DNA of 64,000 nt from Mytilus californianus (taxonomy: Eukaryota). The translations under genes and the position numbers were made by a program. The stretch covers positions 124,001 through 188,000 of the forward strand of contig NW_026262668.1 in assembly GCF_021869535.1 (NCBI RefSeq). The letters run 5' to 3'. The notes beneath the pieces are model-generated. The model was not told the origin of the DNA, searched no databases, and worked only from the letters and a program-made list of their open reading frames with translations. This document shows positions 13,568 through 26,618 of this stretch, piece by piece; position 1 is the stretch's first letter, and each line of letters opens with the position of its first letter.

Positions 13568-15701
13568 AGGTGTGCATAGTTTTATGTTATATTTGCATCA
13601 GAAGTTAGACTTGAGAGTTTCAGAAAATCCACCAGAAGGTTGTTCAATATTTTATAGGTATTTCACATGATAAGATATCACAACATTTAAGGTACTTTTG
13701 AAACCATCCATAGATGACAAAGGAAGGACTTGTTCTGATAGTCTTGTTAGCAGTCTTAAAACTGTAACCAAATATCATCAAATCTTGCCTCAATTTTCTT
13801 ACTTCAAAGTAGACAGATTTAAAGAGCTAAAGATCTAACATAAATTCTGTAATATCTTCTTATCTTAATTCATATTTCAAATGAGTAGAAGAATATAGTG
13901 GTTATTTATAGAATTTAGCTAAAGTTATCTTATTACAGTGAAATGACCTTTGAAATTTTAAATAAAAAGTGTCAAAGTAAAAGTAAATAGTAAATAAAAA
14001 TCTTTTATTTTCAGTAGAAAAACTTAATTACTCAACAAGTAATTTCATCCACTTAAAACTACAAAGGGAGTCCCATTCATATAAATTTCACTTTTTCAAA
14101 TTCTATACAGAACCTTTTTTTTTTTTGTCAATATAAGTAATTAACATTTTCACCTACTACGGTAGTTTTATATTATTGACGAAGTTCAACTTGACCTTGT
14201 TTATTTCTATTGTAAAGTGTAGAACAAATTCCTTTCACCAATTATAGATTTTTTCCAATGTATGTGGTAGATCGTTACAGTATTTATTTGTTCGTGTACA
14301 AAACAATGGGGTAAGTGAGTTTGTAATATATTGATGGAACCTCCGTAGGTCTAAAACTGCTGATGTGAAATTTCGACGAGTAATAAAGAGGCAATCTTTC
14401 AGGGGTATTAGTGTCTAGATAAATCAAAAAAGTTTCAGAAAAACAAAATAAAGTCTTCTTGTTTTTATTGATTTAAAATTTTAAATATTGACTTTGACTT
14501 TTAAAATTTACAGGTTAATTTGTAGGTTGACCAGTATTTGTCAAGTAAGAGAAAGAGATTTTAGACCTTTTTTAAAGTACATTTATTTTGAATGAAGGAG
14601 CTCTTGAATATTCAAAAAGAAAAATGTCGGCAGAAAAGTTTAGATACCTAAACATAAAGTTCATGAAGGGCTTGTGCATGATAGAGACAGCCGTTCCCCA
14701 CATCTTAATCAAGGAAATATGCTTGTACCACTTAACACCGGTGATAACGATATTTACCACTAAATTTCAAACTTAAAAATGTGAGATTGAAAAAACCCAT
14801 ATCGCGCTACTCAAACTATCACAAAAAAAAAAAGACCAAAAGAGAATTTAAGGAAATAGCGATAAATATTGTTATCAAGCTGGATGTGTTGCTGTCTTAC
14901 AGTATTATGGTATATCGATAATAGTAACACCTTACTCATTACCTGTTTGAATGTCATGACCTTGATCAAAGGTTACTGTTGACCAATACTAAAAACTCAT
15001 CCTCAGCCTACAACTACTCACTGAATTCTCGATCGGTATCATATTTCATAAGATGTTGCTCATATTTAAAAGTGGACTGTGACAAACGTTTTGCATTTAA
15101 ATTTCTGAATTGCTCCATTGTTTTTCCTGTATATTGGTGAAGGGCGGGTCATTTCTCCTAAATATTTACTTATTCTAATATTTTAAAAGATTAATGACCT
15201 TGGAAAGTTTTAAGATTATTTGCACATGAGATTGATTCTCTACAAATTAAACACAAACATGCTGTTGAATACAAAATAACATCTATAGCATCACTCTTCT
15301 CTCCTTATAAACATGATAGACCTTTGACTTATCTACTGATATCTTATGTTTTAGCATTAATTCAGCTTTTATTTTTATCACATAAAGAGCAAAATTGAGT
15401 TACGTGGTAAATTTTCTTTCTAAAGAAAGGAATAAATAATGGGAAATTGAAACGGAAATTGTTTGAATATCTAGAATTAACATGCAAGTTAACAATCAGT
15501 CCGTCTTATGTTTACTGAAATTGTCCATACATTATACTGTAAATATGTTGTTTATAAAAAACATAGAATATTCATCACTTGTACATCCTTCATTTCAAAA
15601 TATCCAGTCAACGAAAGATTGGGTTTGTAGAGGTTTTACTGTATGGGAAAAAAAAACAGGTACTTGGACTAGTCAACTTTACATTTGTGTTCTATTTGTA
15701 G

Positions 15702-15824
15702 ATGGCAGCACAAATCAAAGATGGGCATTCAACCGACATGGTAACGAGGAGGACTTTGTATCAAGATATGACAGAATGACAGACGCTGCCAATGATTACT
15801 CAGTTTTTACCTCAAATCTCCCAG
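15702..15824 (+). CDS. CEP350: CEP350 exon (DGSTNQRWAF...SNLP)
   Basis: ttgtAG/GTagtg, phase 1-1. Confidence 0.8.
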
Positions 15825-15884
15825 GTAGTGTTATGTTTCATCAATAATAATTACGATTAACTTATAAAAAATGAAAACAACACA

Positions 15885-16078
15885 TTATAAATTTCATGCG
15901 TCTGAAGCGCTTTTCTGGATTTACCTTCATCACGAACGCTGAAAGCCGAATATTTGAAAGCCATGACTATACACATGTATCAGCACTGAAACAGTTGAAG
16001 AGCTATATGACCAAAAATAGCAAAATCCATCTAAGGTCTACTTTGCCTGAGGGAGTTGAAACCTTAATTTCTTTATAA
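15885..16078 (-). mobile_element. short repeat bearing a degenerate minimal type I hammerhead motif (15898-15939)
   Basis: Minus strand reads GCGTTC-GTGATGA-AGGTAAATCCA-GAAA-A-GCGC-T-TC-AGACGC. Confidence 0.6.
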
Positions 16079-18295
16079 TTTTAAATTTGATTTATAAACG
16101 GACAATTTTAGAAAGGTTTGTTATAAATCATGTCAGTAACGAAGTAAGTGTCAAGCAAGTTCTCTGTGTATTTAACCTTCACCTGCTGTTTTGATCAGTA
16201 GAAGAATAAATTACGAAATCCTATCCAACTTATACTAGGATTATACAAATTTTCTTCTTTATATGAAATAAAGGAAAGCCCATTACAAGGATGCTGCTTC
16301 AAGGCTTAACACACATTATGTGACATAATATTTGCCTAATCCTAAACAATGCAACAAAAAAATTACATGTTCTCTCTGTAAAAAAAATCCTTTATTGATT
16401 TTAATTTCCCCCCACAAATTGAAAACATACTGATGCATATCAGAAATACTGTAATTTCATATATGTTAAGTGAAATTAATAAATTTACAAACATCCCTTA
16501 TCAATATTTAATGTACAATCCATTGAAATGCTCACATTGATTTCGAACAAACATTTCACATTTTCTTCAAAAATATTGAAACCATTTATTTCAAATGACA
16601 TAAATAAACAGAGCGAATTGGAGACTTCTAATTAAATCTTTATATTCATTGAAACATTGTTGACACATCATTGTTCATATGCTAAAACTAATACCACAAT
16701 ACTACCGTTACAAAAATATCTATGATGTAGGTAAAGGTGGCACCAAATCATTGTTTGGCTTCACCCCACAATTCAGAACTATTTTTTCTCATTTGAAGTA
16801 TTGTAAGGATGCCCACCTTTCTTCAATTTCGAATGAAGACTTTTAAGAAACAGTTTTTTTTAATGAGCGGAATTTGGGTCAGAGGATAAATGCCTTTAAA
16901 CCATAATCTATTGAATATAAGTAAAACATTTATGAATTTCTATAGTCACTATATATCATTCATTTTTATTCCTTACCAAAGACATTTCTTTTCATATGAA
17001 AGTCTCTCTAATGTGCATTTGCATTTCTATTTTTGTCCTAATATTAAAGAAATATGATAGATATATTTATATATTTGAAAGGGAAATAAGGGATATTTAA
17101 AATGACACAATACACAGCACTATGAAAATAAGGAAATGTGGTATGATTGCCAATGAGACAACTATCTACCAGAGTCGAAATGGTTTAAGCAACTATATGT
17201 CACTGGACAGTCGTCAACATTAAGCAAAACCAATACCGTAAAGCTATCTATAAATGGCCTTGACCTGACAAAATGTAAAACATTTTAAATGCAAAAACCA
17301 ACGCCCTAGTTCTTATTAAACCAAGCTCATTTTCTTTATGCAAATGCAGTTGCATTAATTTGGTCGTTAAAAAAAACATTTTAAAAATAGAGTACATGTA
17401 CTTCTAATTTCATCTTCATGATTTGTATAACTTTTTTCCTTAATTAAAGTCATATTACAAATATGAGTTATTCATAAAAAGACTTGTTTATTTAATTTAC
17501 AAATTTATGAAATGAAATAGTAAGTAATTTCAAAATTTGAAATAACACTCCATTTTGAATTAATGATGCATTCACAAATTTCCTATTAAATTGACAAATA
17601 TTGGGTGTGACTTTAAATATTTGTTATTATACTATTAACTTATTTTTGTAATATAATTCATTCAGTTAATAAAATATACTTAACATTGCTTAATGTAAAG
17701 ATTTGCATTTCAGTTCAAACTTTTTGTTACTTATATGATAAATAAAAATAGGAACTTAAATAAAACAAACTTCAAAAATTTCCTGAATAAAACATTCTTA
17801 AATTCATATAAAGTATATTTTCCAATCTATAAAATATATTAGAATATCTGACATCTTTTTAATTTGTATGAGCGTTGCATATTTTACATATTTTGTAGTT
17901 AAACATGCATTTGTAAAGTTATTTTTTAAGGATTTGACAGTTTGTTTAAAAATGGACCTTTGTCAACTTTGTTTATTACGACAAAACAAGTTATGAAGAG
18001 ATGGTTTTTCTGTGCTTAAGATCATCATTTCACATTCAGTTTTTTTGTGACTTAGATTTAAAATCTAAAGTATTCTAAATGTTAGTTAAGAAAACTATGA
18101 CCACCTATCCTTGTGATTATTGCTTACTTAAAAATAATATATTGAAAATTTCATATTTAAATTCTTTTTGCTTGAAAATTAAATTTCATCAAATGTCAGT
18201 TACACATTTATATTTAGATAAAATTTGACATAGATACTAAGATTAAGCAATACAAACGAAAACCTTGGGTGAACTCAAAGTTAACCATATCATGA

Positions 18296-18727
18296 GGCTG
18301 CTCATTTTTCTTGAAAACTATATGGTGGCAACTCATCCATTGCTGAAAAACAATACTGTGGCAGATATGGCTGTTTATCCATTGGTGAAAAATCATATGG
18401 TGGCAGCTGTGGCTGGTCATCTATTGCTGAAAAATTATATGTAGGCAGCTGTGGCTGATCACCCATTGCTGAAAAACCATATGGTGGCAGCTTTGGCTGC
18501 TCATCTATTGCTGAAAAATTATATGATGGCAGCTTTGGCGGCTCATCCATTACTGAAAAATCATGGTGGCAGCTGAAGATGCTCATCCATTGCTGAAAAA
18601 AACATTTGGTGGTAGCTGTGGCTGCTCATCCATTGCTGAAAAACAAATGGTGGCAATTGTGGCTGTTCATCCATTGCAGAAAAATTATATGGTGGCAGCT
18701 ATGGTTGCTCATCCATTGCTGAAAAAA
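18296..18727. repeat. 42-bp minisatellite, ~10.5 copies
   Basis: Consensus GGCTGCTCATCCATTGCTGAAAAATTATATGGTGGCAGCTGT. Confidence 0.9.
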
Positions 18728-18932
18728 CAATAAAAGGTCTAATTTTAAGAAACTGGGGCTGTGGGGTTGCTTTCTGATTGAAGTTGACCCTTACCTGTTT
18801 TATGCGTATTAGAAATACTTATAACATAGACTGAAGGTGAAATGTGCATCAGTCTTGCCTTTGCTGGTATACATTTTTTGCCTTGTATATGAATATACAA
18901 CTTACTTATACTTACTCAACCTGTTATTTTAG

Positions 18933-19105
18933 GTAATCAAAGAAATTCCACATTTAATGACACTGATGACAACCCTGTTGAAGCAGCAGCCATTAGAATC
19001 CAAGCTGCATACCGTGGACATACAGTACGACAAAATCTTAACAGTTGGAAACTTCCATCAGGACAAACTGTTGGGGGTCACATCAGACGTGCTGGACAAG
19101 ACGAG
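18933..19105 (+). CDS. CEP350: CEP350 exon with IQ motif (AAIRIQAAYRGHTVRQ)
   Basis: ttttAG/GTaggt, phase 1-0. IQxxxRGxxxR encoded at 18998-19030. Confidence 0.88.
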
Positions 19106-19740
19106 GTAGGTTGCTAAATTACTATTAGATTTCAAACTTTTTTTTTCTCTCCAACAGAAGCTGAAAGATTATTTGTATGTTCTTTCCTGTGAAAGATTTA
19201 CTCTGACCAGAATGATTGAAAAAGGTAAAATAGCAAAAATACCGAACTCCAAGGAAAATTCAAAACGGAAAGTTTCCCATCAAACGGCAAAATCAAAAGA
19301 TCCAACACATCAAATGAATGGAAACCATACCAAATATATATGGAAAAATAAAAATTCTTGCTTTACACAGCTTATTTTGCTTATATTCAAATTCATTCTG
19401 AGTGAAAAGTACTTGAGACAAGATTTACTGAAAAATAAACTTTTAAAAATGATTGTGAAGTGTCTTATTACAGTTAAAAATTGAAATTCAATCAGAATGA
19501 ATATATTTTACATGTTGATTGAAGAAGTTGGTTTCTGATAGCGGTCAAACTATCCACGGATAGCGGTCAAACTATCCAAAGCAGTTTGCTCAGCATAATA
19601 AGGCAAGGACAGTTTTGTTTCTTTCCGTACAAATGAAGGAAACTTGTTTATCTTTGATATATTTTTCCTAACTTGAGGGGAAACTTTGATTCAAGCCACT
19701 ATATCCTGATATATATATATATGAATGATTTGTCTTTCAG

Positions 19741-19830
19741 GATGAATCGTCAATAACAGAGACGTCAACATTCAGTGAGATCACTTTAACAGAAGATTCT
19801 GAAAATTCACTTTTGTCTAATCAGAGATTG
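19741..19830 (+). CDS. CEP350: CEP350 exon (DESSITET...NQRL)
   Basis: tttcAG/GTatgt, phase 0-0. Confidence 0.85.
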
Positions 19831-20162
19831 GTATGTCTTAGAATACATTTACTCTTAATATATTAAGTGTAAACGGTAGAATTGAAGGGCAAAGGTTTTC
19901 TCCACTATCAGAGATGTCTATACTTGATTCAAGTGGAAAAACAACATATATAAACAGCTAAAAAAAAATCAGCTCATATTTTGGAGGGTTCATTTTCGTC
20001 ATGAGGCAGATAAAATCATAATTATAACTTTATGAACTTTAAACTTCAATATTCAGTGTTTCAAAATTTTACAAAATACTACTAAATGAGAATAATTTCT
20101 CTCATAAAATAAAAAATTCATGAATGGTTGTCAGAATAACAACAAGGAGCACCACCTTTAAA

Positions 20163-20341
20163 TACTGTGAATTCGTCATTATTCATGGAATGCCAATTTT
20201 TGTGGGTATAGGTGAACCCTGAATTTAAATGTTAAATTTCGTAGACTTTAACAAAACCATGAAATCAAATATCCACAAAAATATGATTTTTCTTCAATCC
20301 ACAAAAAATTGGTGCCCACGAAAGTAAGTGATTCCACAATA
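20163..20341. mobile_element. TA-flanked MITE (TACTGTGGATTC family)
   Basis: Degenerate TIRs, homologous to 29490-29705. Confidence 0.65.
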
Positions 20342-22016
20342 GCTTCTTGTAATCCCTGGGTCATCTGTTGATTTTCAACAAATAACATAAAAACAATTGT
20401 TATTGTGTGAAATTCTATTTGAACATTTGAATAATGATCCAAGAAGTTAGTAAAGTTTATTAGGTCATGGGTGTAATTTGCAGAATCATTTGTGCTTACT
20501 GGAAAAACATCTTTTACTGATACTCAAAATTTAAGTACTAATGATAAATGCATAAGCTCAAAATGTTTAGATCCTTTCATAAAAAACCCATTTATTAAAG
20601 AAAAATCATATTTTCATTTTACTAAATTAAATTTCTTTGTTAAATATTTCAACATTATAGATAATCACCAAAAAATGAAAGCTATGAATAATAATGAGAG
20701 AAAAAAACAAGGACAAAGAATGGGAATAATTAACTTTGTTAATATTGTTCCATCAAGAATGAAGCAGTGATATGAAACAGTGATAACTTCACATGGCTTT
20801 ATGCTATTTGAGTGGTAAAATTTCATTATTTTTGTGTCACATTAAAATGAAAATTCATGACAAAAACAGTGTGATTGTTTGCAAGATGAAAATTGGATCT
20901 TTATTTAAGAAATTACTTCTGCTCATCATACACCCATTTTACTTTCTATTGATTAAACAGATAGTTAAATTAAATGGTGCATATACTTTGGCTGACTTCT
21001 TTTGATAGGAATTTGTTAACACATTATCTCATGAGATTTCAATAAGTCATTTAGTTTAGTGAATGATGTCATGAATATGCATATTCATTGCTCGAGGGCT
21101 CCCACATGATCTTATTTCCTTCACGAACTATTGAATAAATGTTTTATTTTACCTCTTCGTTCCTAATTTGAAATTAATATTCATAGGAAATAAATAGATG
21201 TTTTGATTATATATTTGCTGCTAAATGCAACATCCAAAATGAATATATTAATTATTGATGTTCAGATAAATGTAATTTCAAAAATCATCTTGAGGTTATT
21301 GGGTTGTTTATTGTCTTTCATAACTGTTATAAAGCATTAACTAGACAGATGCACAATTTTCATAACTTGAGGGATGGGAAATACTTGTAAACTGAATATT
21401 TAAACTTTTCATCAATAAGCATATTTGTAAAATTAATATTTAAATTTTTCATCAATAAAAACAACTTAATGAATAAAAGTTTTATATTTTGGTACTATAT
21501 TTTATTTAGCAGAACTAGAGTTGCAAATGCCATGTCAATGGTTACTTGAATCAAAACCAGTTAGAACAAAATTTGAAACTGTCAAATTCCTAATTGATGC
21601 TGGTAAAACAATACTGTCAACACACCCATCTGATTATTCCTGTGTATAAGCTTTGCATACAAGGATCTGACAACACTCTGTTTTACTTTCTGTTCTGGTA
21701 ATTATTACATCAACCAATGAAATTTCAGCCTTCAAATTTTTTGAAGTTGTGTATTAATCTGACAAAACTAGAGGATCCCGAAAGGTCTTTAAAACAGAAA
21801 GTAGACTGGAGCATATTCAGATCCTTGTAAGCATAGCTTAGGATCAGAAAATAACCAATAAACATGTTATTATCTTAGACATCTTAATTGTTGTCTTTTA
21901 TCCACTTAAGTTTAATTTTTCAAATTTAAAATGCAAATTTAATGCTTAGATATGTAGAAAATCATTTCAGGTCTTAAAAAGTAATTTATAGTTAAATTCT
22001 AAATCTCATTTTGCAG

Positions 22017-22197
22017 GTTGGCTCAGGGTTACGAGAAAGAGATTTTCATGCTGGTGGACATCGGCACCAAGGTCCTACAGAAATGGTCATACCACGTCCT
22101 TCAACACAACACAGAGGAGGAAAATATTCATGGGAGGAACCTAGGCCAGATCCAGATAATGTCTTCAACGTATTTGCTAGGCATCAACGAAATCAAG
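22017..22197 (+). CDS. CEP350: CEP350 exon (…YSWEEPRPDPDNVFNVFAR…)
   Basis: ttgcAG/GTactt, phase 0-1. Resembles the vertebrate WEE..SPHSVINIF motif (recalled). Confidence 0.9.
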
Positions 22198-22559
22198 GTA
22201 CTTGATACATATTTATTAGTGATATGAGCTGTCAGTTGAAATTATTCAAAAGTATCTATTTTGTATGAAAATATTTTTAAGTATAATTTTCTACTTTTTC
22301 ATGAATATGTTTTTGGTCATTCAATTAATCTCTGTATCATTTTATATGTGCCTATAAAATCGTTGAGAGTCAACATTTTGTTTGGTACTTTTATTCAAAC
22401 AATGAAATGTTTTTATTGAACATTTCTGATATTGTTGCACATGGATAATGTTCAAGATGAAGATGTATGTAGATATAAATCTTGAACACAATTTCTTTTT
22501 TTCTGAGTTATCCTTTAAATTCATTCTGCAATTATCTATGTTAAAATCTATACTTCCAG

Positions 22560-22779
22560 ACAAACAACGACAAGGATATTCAACAGAACCAAAGAAAATG
22601 GAAGAGGAGTATAGAAAGGAACAGGTTACCTCACAACATACAGCTCCAAAGATTAGGTCCACACAAAATAGCCTGCCTAGAAACAGAAGTCCAGGAGTTG
22701 GTGCTAGAACTCATAGTCCTGGCTTTGGTTTGAGGAGTGAAAGTCTTAAAGTATCAGTACATCATAGTGTTAAATCAAG
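22560..22779 (+). CDS. CEP350: CEP350 exon (DKQRQGY...HSVKSR)
   Basis: ttccAG/GTaata, phase 1-2. Confidence 0.85.
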
Positions 22780-23094
22780 GTAATATGACTACATTTTGTC
22801 TTTGTTTTGATTTTCAGGTTGTTGATCAGGGGTTTTATAATACTTTTGAATATTTCTTTTTATTACATTGCTTGCAATGAATTACCGTGATTTCCAAGTG
22901 AAATAAAAATCGCTAATTTCACAAGTGAAATAAATTCGGTTATTTCACCCCTCTGTCGTCATACAACAGTAGGTGTTGTCAAGACGTTGTCAATGACGTT
23001 GCATCAAAGCAACTGTGAATGCGTAGAAAAAGATATAGTTCCTTACATTTTCTACTTTAATTCCATTAAAAAGCCTTTTGTCAATGTAATAAAA

Positions 23095-23254
23095 AGAATA
23101 ACTGATCAAAGAATTCAAATAACGAAAAATATTCATCTTATTACCGAACAACACTGATAATTAACTCATGCGTTACGTGCATTTGTGAATTAATGTGTTG
23201 TTCGGTCACTCTTTGAATATTTTTCTCTATTTGAATTCTTCAATTAGTTATTCT
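23095..23254. mobile_element. foldback MITE
   Basis: Arms AGAATAACT…AAGAATTCAAAT…GAAAAATATTCA…ACCGAACAACAC are mirrored as the reverse complement. Confidence 0.65.
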
Positions 23255-23498
23255 ATGAATATTTTCATATGTTATGAATAAAAGGATATTAATTAGATTC
23301 AGTGAAAAAAGGATACATCAGTTAAAAATTAGAGAAATATAAATATATTTTATGTGCTGATCAGACATTTGTCATTTATACAAAATATAGACCTATTTCA
23401 TTATAATTTTCAATGGTAAACTGTAAACGTTATATTGTGCTTAGGGATTACCCTAAGTTTCAAACATAAGATCTTTACCAACTACAATTTGTTTGCAG

Positions 23499-23606
23499 AA
23501 ATGAAGACACCAGACCAAAGACTTCAGTGAGCTTTAAACCACTACCATCTGATAGTGAACACGATGATACATTCCAAGAAGTTTCCTATTCTCGTCAGTT
23601 TGAGTT
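23499..23606 (+). CDS. CEP350: CEP350 exon (NEDTRPKT...RQFEL)
   Basis: ttgcAG/GTaagt, phase 2-2. Confidence 0.85.
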
Positions 23607-23667
23607 GTAAGTAACTCGTGCGGGTTTTTATTCAAATCTTCTTGTGACAGTTTATTGCAGCAGAATA

Positions 23668-24287
23668 TACTGTACATTCATTATTAGTCCCCTACCAACC
23701 AAGTTGAAGGGGACTTTAGGTTTGCACTCCGTCTCTCTGTCTGTCTGTCTGTCCATCCGTCAGTACGGCAAATCAGTTTTCCACACTTTTTTTCTTCATG
23801 CTTGAATATATTGATTTGATATGTGGTGTATTGTTTAATCATGACAAGTTACAGATCAAGTTCGAGTTTTGTTCTGGTCTGATGATTTTGTGCAGAGTTA
23901 TGGTCCTTGGACTTAGAAAATTCACACAAATAATCAGTTTTTCTCACTTTTTTCATCATGCTTGAAGATATTGATTTGATAATTGGTATATAGTTTACAC
24001 CATGACAAGTTATAGATCAAGTTAGCATTTTGTTCCAATACAATGAATTTTTGACCAGTAGGGGACTATGTATTGCCATGCAAAACTCAATGCTTGTTAT
24101 TTGTTGGATACCAAATTTCGTAGATTTTGTGGTTACAGGAGAACAACAAATTTAAATGTTCAAAAATAAAAATTTTCTGTAGGCTTGTATGCAGACTTTG
24201 GCAAAACCACAAAATCAAATATCCACAAAAATACAATTTTTCTCAATCCATGAAAATTGGTTCCACGTAAATAACTGAATCCACAGT
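23668..24287. mobile_element. TACTGTGGATTC-family MITE split by a HINE
   Basis: 5' TIR at 23668-23685. Remainder resumes at 24099 (ATTTGTTGGATACC) and ends GAATCCACAGT. Confidence 0.7.
23684..24098 (+). mobile_element. HINE with two ~161-bp repeats, inserted into a MITE
   Basis: subTIR TAGTCCCCT / AGGGGACTA, 5' hairpin, (GTCT)n, 3' hairpin GTATTGCCATGCAA(A)AC, T-rich insertion site. Confidence 0.75.
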
Positions 24288-24854
24288 GTACCCTTTTTTT
24301 GTCTATATATAATACTTCATATGGTTAGACTTATAAAATAGCCTGTAGAAATGAAATTTTATTTTTTTAATGAATTAAATATGGGTATTGAGTATCAGAA
24401 ATTTAAGGAACTCTGAAACAGAGGAACAATCTAATAACTGTTGAGTTTGTATAAGGCTGAGAGTATAGCAATCTTTAGCAACAATTTAATGTAACTTTTT
24501 CTGGGTACATTATATGTTTGACAGCCCATAGCTCATAAAGATTATAAACTTTTTCTTTGTTGACAAAGAAGTATATCATTTTCCCTAAATAATTCAAATT
24601 ACTGTACATATTACTGACTGTCAATTCTTGATCAAATTTGTGATAATTGATAATGTTGTGTGAATTTTCATTAAGGTGATGCATGTCTTTGTATTATTAA
24701 TATTTCATAAAACCTCAATTTCTGAATTTACATAATCGAAGAGTATTATAACCTTTAAGTTAATTTCATCATTGAAGCTAGGAAGTGTTTTCCAGAAGTA
24801 TACGTTACATTTTGTATCATAGATTATACATTTTTTTTGTTTTACCGATAAAGT

Positions 24855-25062
24855 CTTTTGGCTCAGAATCAGAATAATGTGACTGGGAAAGGTTATATTT
24901 CTTCCTGTTTACTGTTAATACCTTTTTAACTAGAATTTTAAAAATCTGACTCAGTGTGTTGGTCTAGAACAAAACATTATTTTGACATATCAACAGGTTC
25001 TCAACCTGATTTGCATGTAATATTCTCCACTAGATGTTAAACAACAATCTATCTGATAAAGT
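24855..25062 (+). mobile_element. SINE 3' fragment
   Basis: TTGGCTCAGAATCAGAATAATGTG…CTCAGTGTGTTGGTCTAG…GTTAAACAACAATC. Confidence 0.5.
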
Positions 25063-25087
25063 CTCACATGTATTTATTTTTTTACAG

Positions 25088-25211
25088 GAGTAAAGATGAC
25101 AGAAGTAAGCCTGAAAAAGCTTCAGTTTTATCTCATTCCAAACCTAGTCAAAGACATTCTGCTGATACAGATACAGATACCTCAAGTATAGAAGACTTCT
25201 CTAGAATAGAG
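25088..25211 (+). CDS. CEP350: CEP350 exon (SKDDRSKPEK...FSRIE)
   Basis: ttacAG/GTttgt, phase 2-0. Confidence 0.85.
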
Positions 25212-25289
25212 GTTTGTTTTGTATTAATGACTTTTGTATCTCGTTTCTGAAACGATCTGTCTGTCTGAAATGTAAAGTCATAAATAATT

Positions 25290-25553
25290 ATAGGTTATCG
25301 TTGGTCATCTCAACGAGATTGATATTGTCACTTGAGCCGGTAGGGCGAAAGTGAGAAAAGTAATCGAGATGAGATGTCCAATGATAATCTGTTTATTGCT
25401 ATTTTACCTACGAGGACGTTGTTAATTTCATTAACAACGGCCACGTGTGCCCTTAGTTTCTAGCAATAATTTTTCATATCACACTACTGTGCTGAGATAG
25501 GAAATTATCAGTCAGTAAGATCAAAGGAAAATTTCGTAAAATAGCAATAATAT
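25290..25553. mobile_element. composite foldback element
   Basis: Palindrome 25290-25392 plus inverted TTATTGCTATTTTAC / GTAAAATAGCAATAA. Confidence 0.55.
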
Positions 25554-25866
25554 GTTTTATTATCAATTTCTTTTACCTGAATTGCATTTGAATCTACCTT
25601 GGAGGGGAAGAAACACATTTTAATTTTTAATGGTAGGTAGAGGTCTCAGTCTCAGATGATAAATGTATTATGAGTTAATACATATATTTTATAAATTCAG
25701 ATAAGAATGATGCAGGAAAGTATGTCAAGTACAACAAAGTATGGTTCTTGTTTTTTTCCATCTTTTTTTGGATAAAGAAAATAGAATGAATATAAAACAC
25801 AAAAAAAAGATTTTTTTTCTCTTAACTACAGACAATTTGCATCAATTAAAATTTTCTTGTTAATAG

Positions 25867-26088
25867 GAACCAGACAGACGTTACCCACATGTTGTACCAG
25901 ATGATGACAACTCGACACCTAAAGCCTCATTACGATACTCACCCGACACATTAGAGAGCAAGTTCTATTCTGAACTGAACCAGTTAGAGAGTATGGAAGA
26001 GTCCATGCGACAGTTGACAGGGGTGGAGAGGACAAGAGCTGTCTCTATGGCACAACAGGAAACTGTTTCACTTGCTCAGATGTTGAAG
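25867..26088 (+). CDS. CEP350: CEP350 exon (…YSPDTLE…AQQETVSLAQMLK)
   Basis: taatAG/GTagtt, phase 0-0, strongly conserved CEP350 block. Confidence 0.93.
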
Positions 26089-26618
26089 GTAGTTATGAAA
26101 TGTTCAGTGGTCTCATTGAGTATGATAAGTGTGATTTTAACCCCTCAAGGGGTCTTTTGACTCTGCTGATAAAGTAAAAAGGGTATTGCAGGAGGACATG
26201 CACTCATGGTTTTGATGAAAGTGAGAATTGCTCAAAACTTTAGTTTTTGGGGTAAAGATTGCTAGAAATGCATCAAAACCCTATTGCCAATGACATGATA
26301 GCTATATTTTCCAGGCCTCGTCTATAAAGAGCACAAACAACATTATGCAGTTAGGTGAACATTATGTAGATCTTATTAATGAACATGTCATGCGTAGTCA
26401 ATGTTAAAGGGAGTAATACCGCCATTGATGTTCCCCTATTAGTCTTTGTTAAATTGGCATTTTTCAAACAATTGTGCAGAATTTATCTTTGTTTCAAATA
26501 AAGAAATACTTGGCATGAGTAAAGTTTTATCCTGTCCAGTACTACAGTGAAAATTTCAAATAACATTTCATTGCTTATAAGATAATCACCGGAAGTAAGC
26601 CAATCAAATTTTCACACC

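Noticed and set aside
18296-18727. CRISPR-like appearance of the 42-bp array (also the 23-bp array at 33259-33393)
   Set aside because: Units are head to tail without unique spacers, there are no cas genes, and the context is eukaryotic intron.
19537-19578. 22-bp tandem duplication GATAGCGGTCAAACTATCCA with small hairpin arms
   Set aside because: Only two copies, best explained by local slippage. A similar diverged duplication lies at ~60858-60932.
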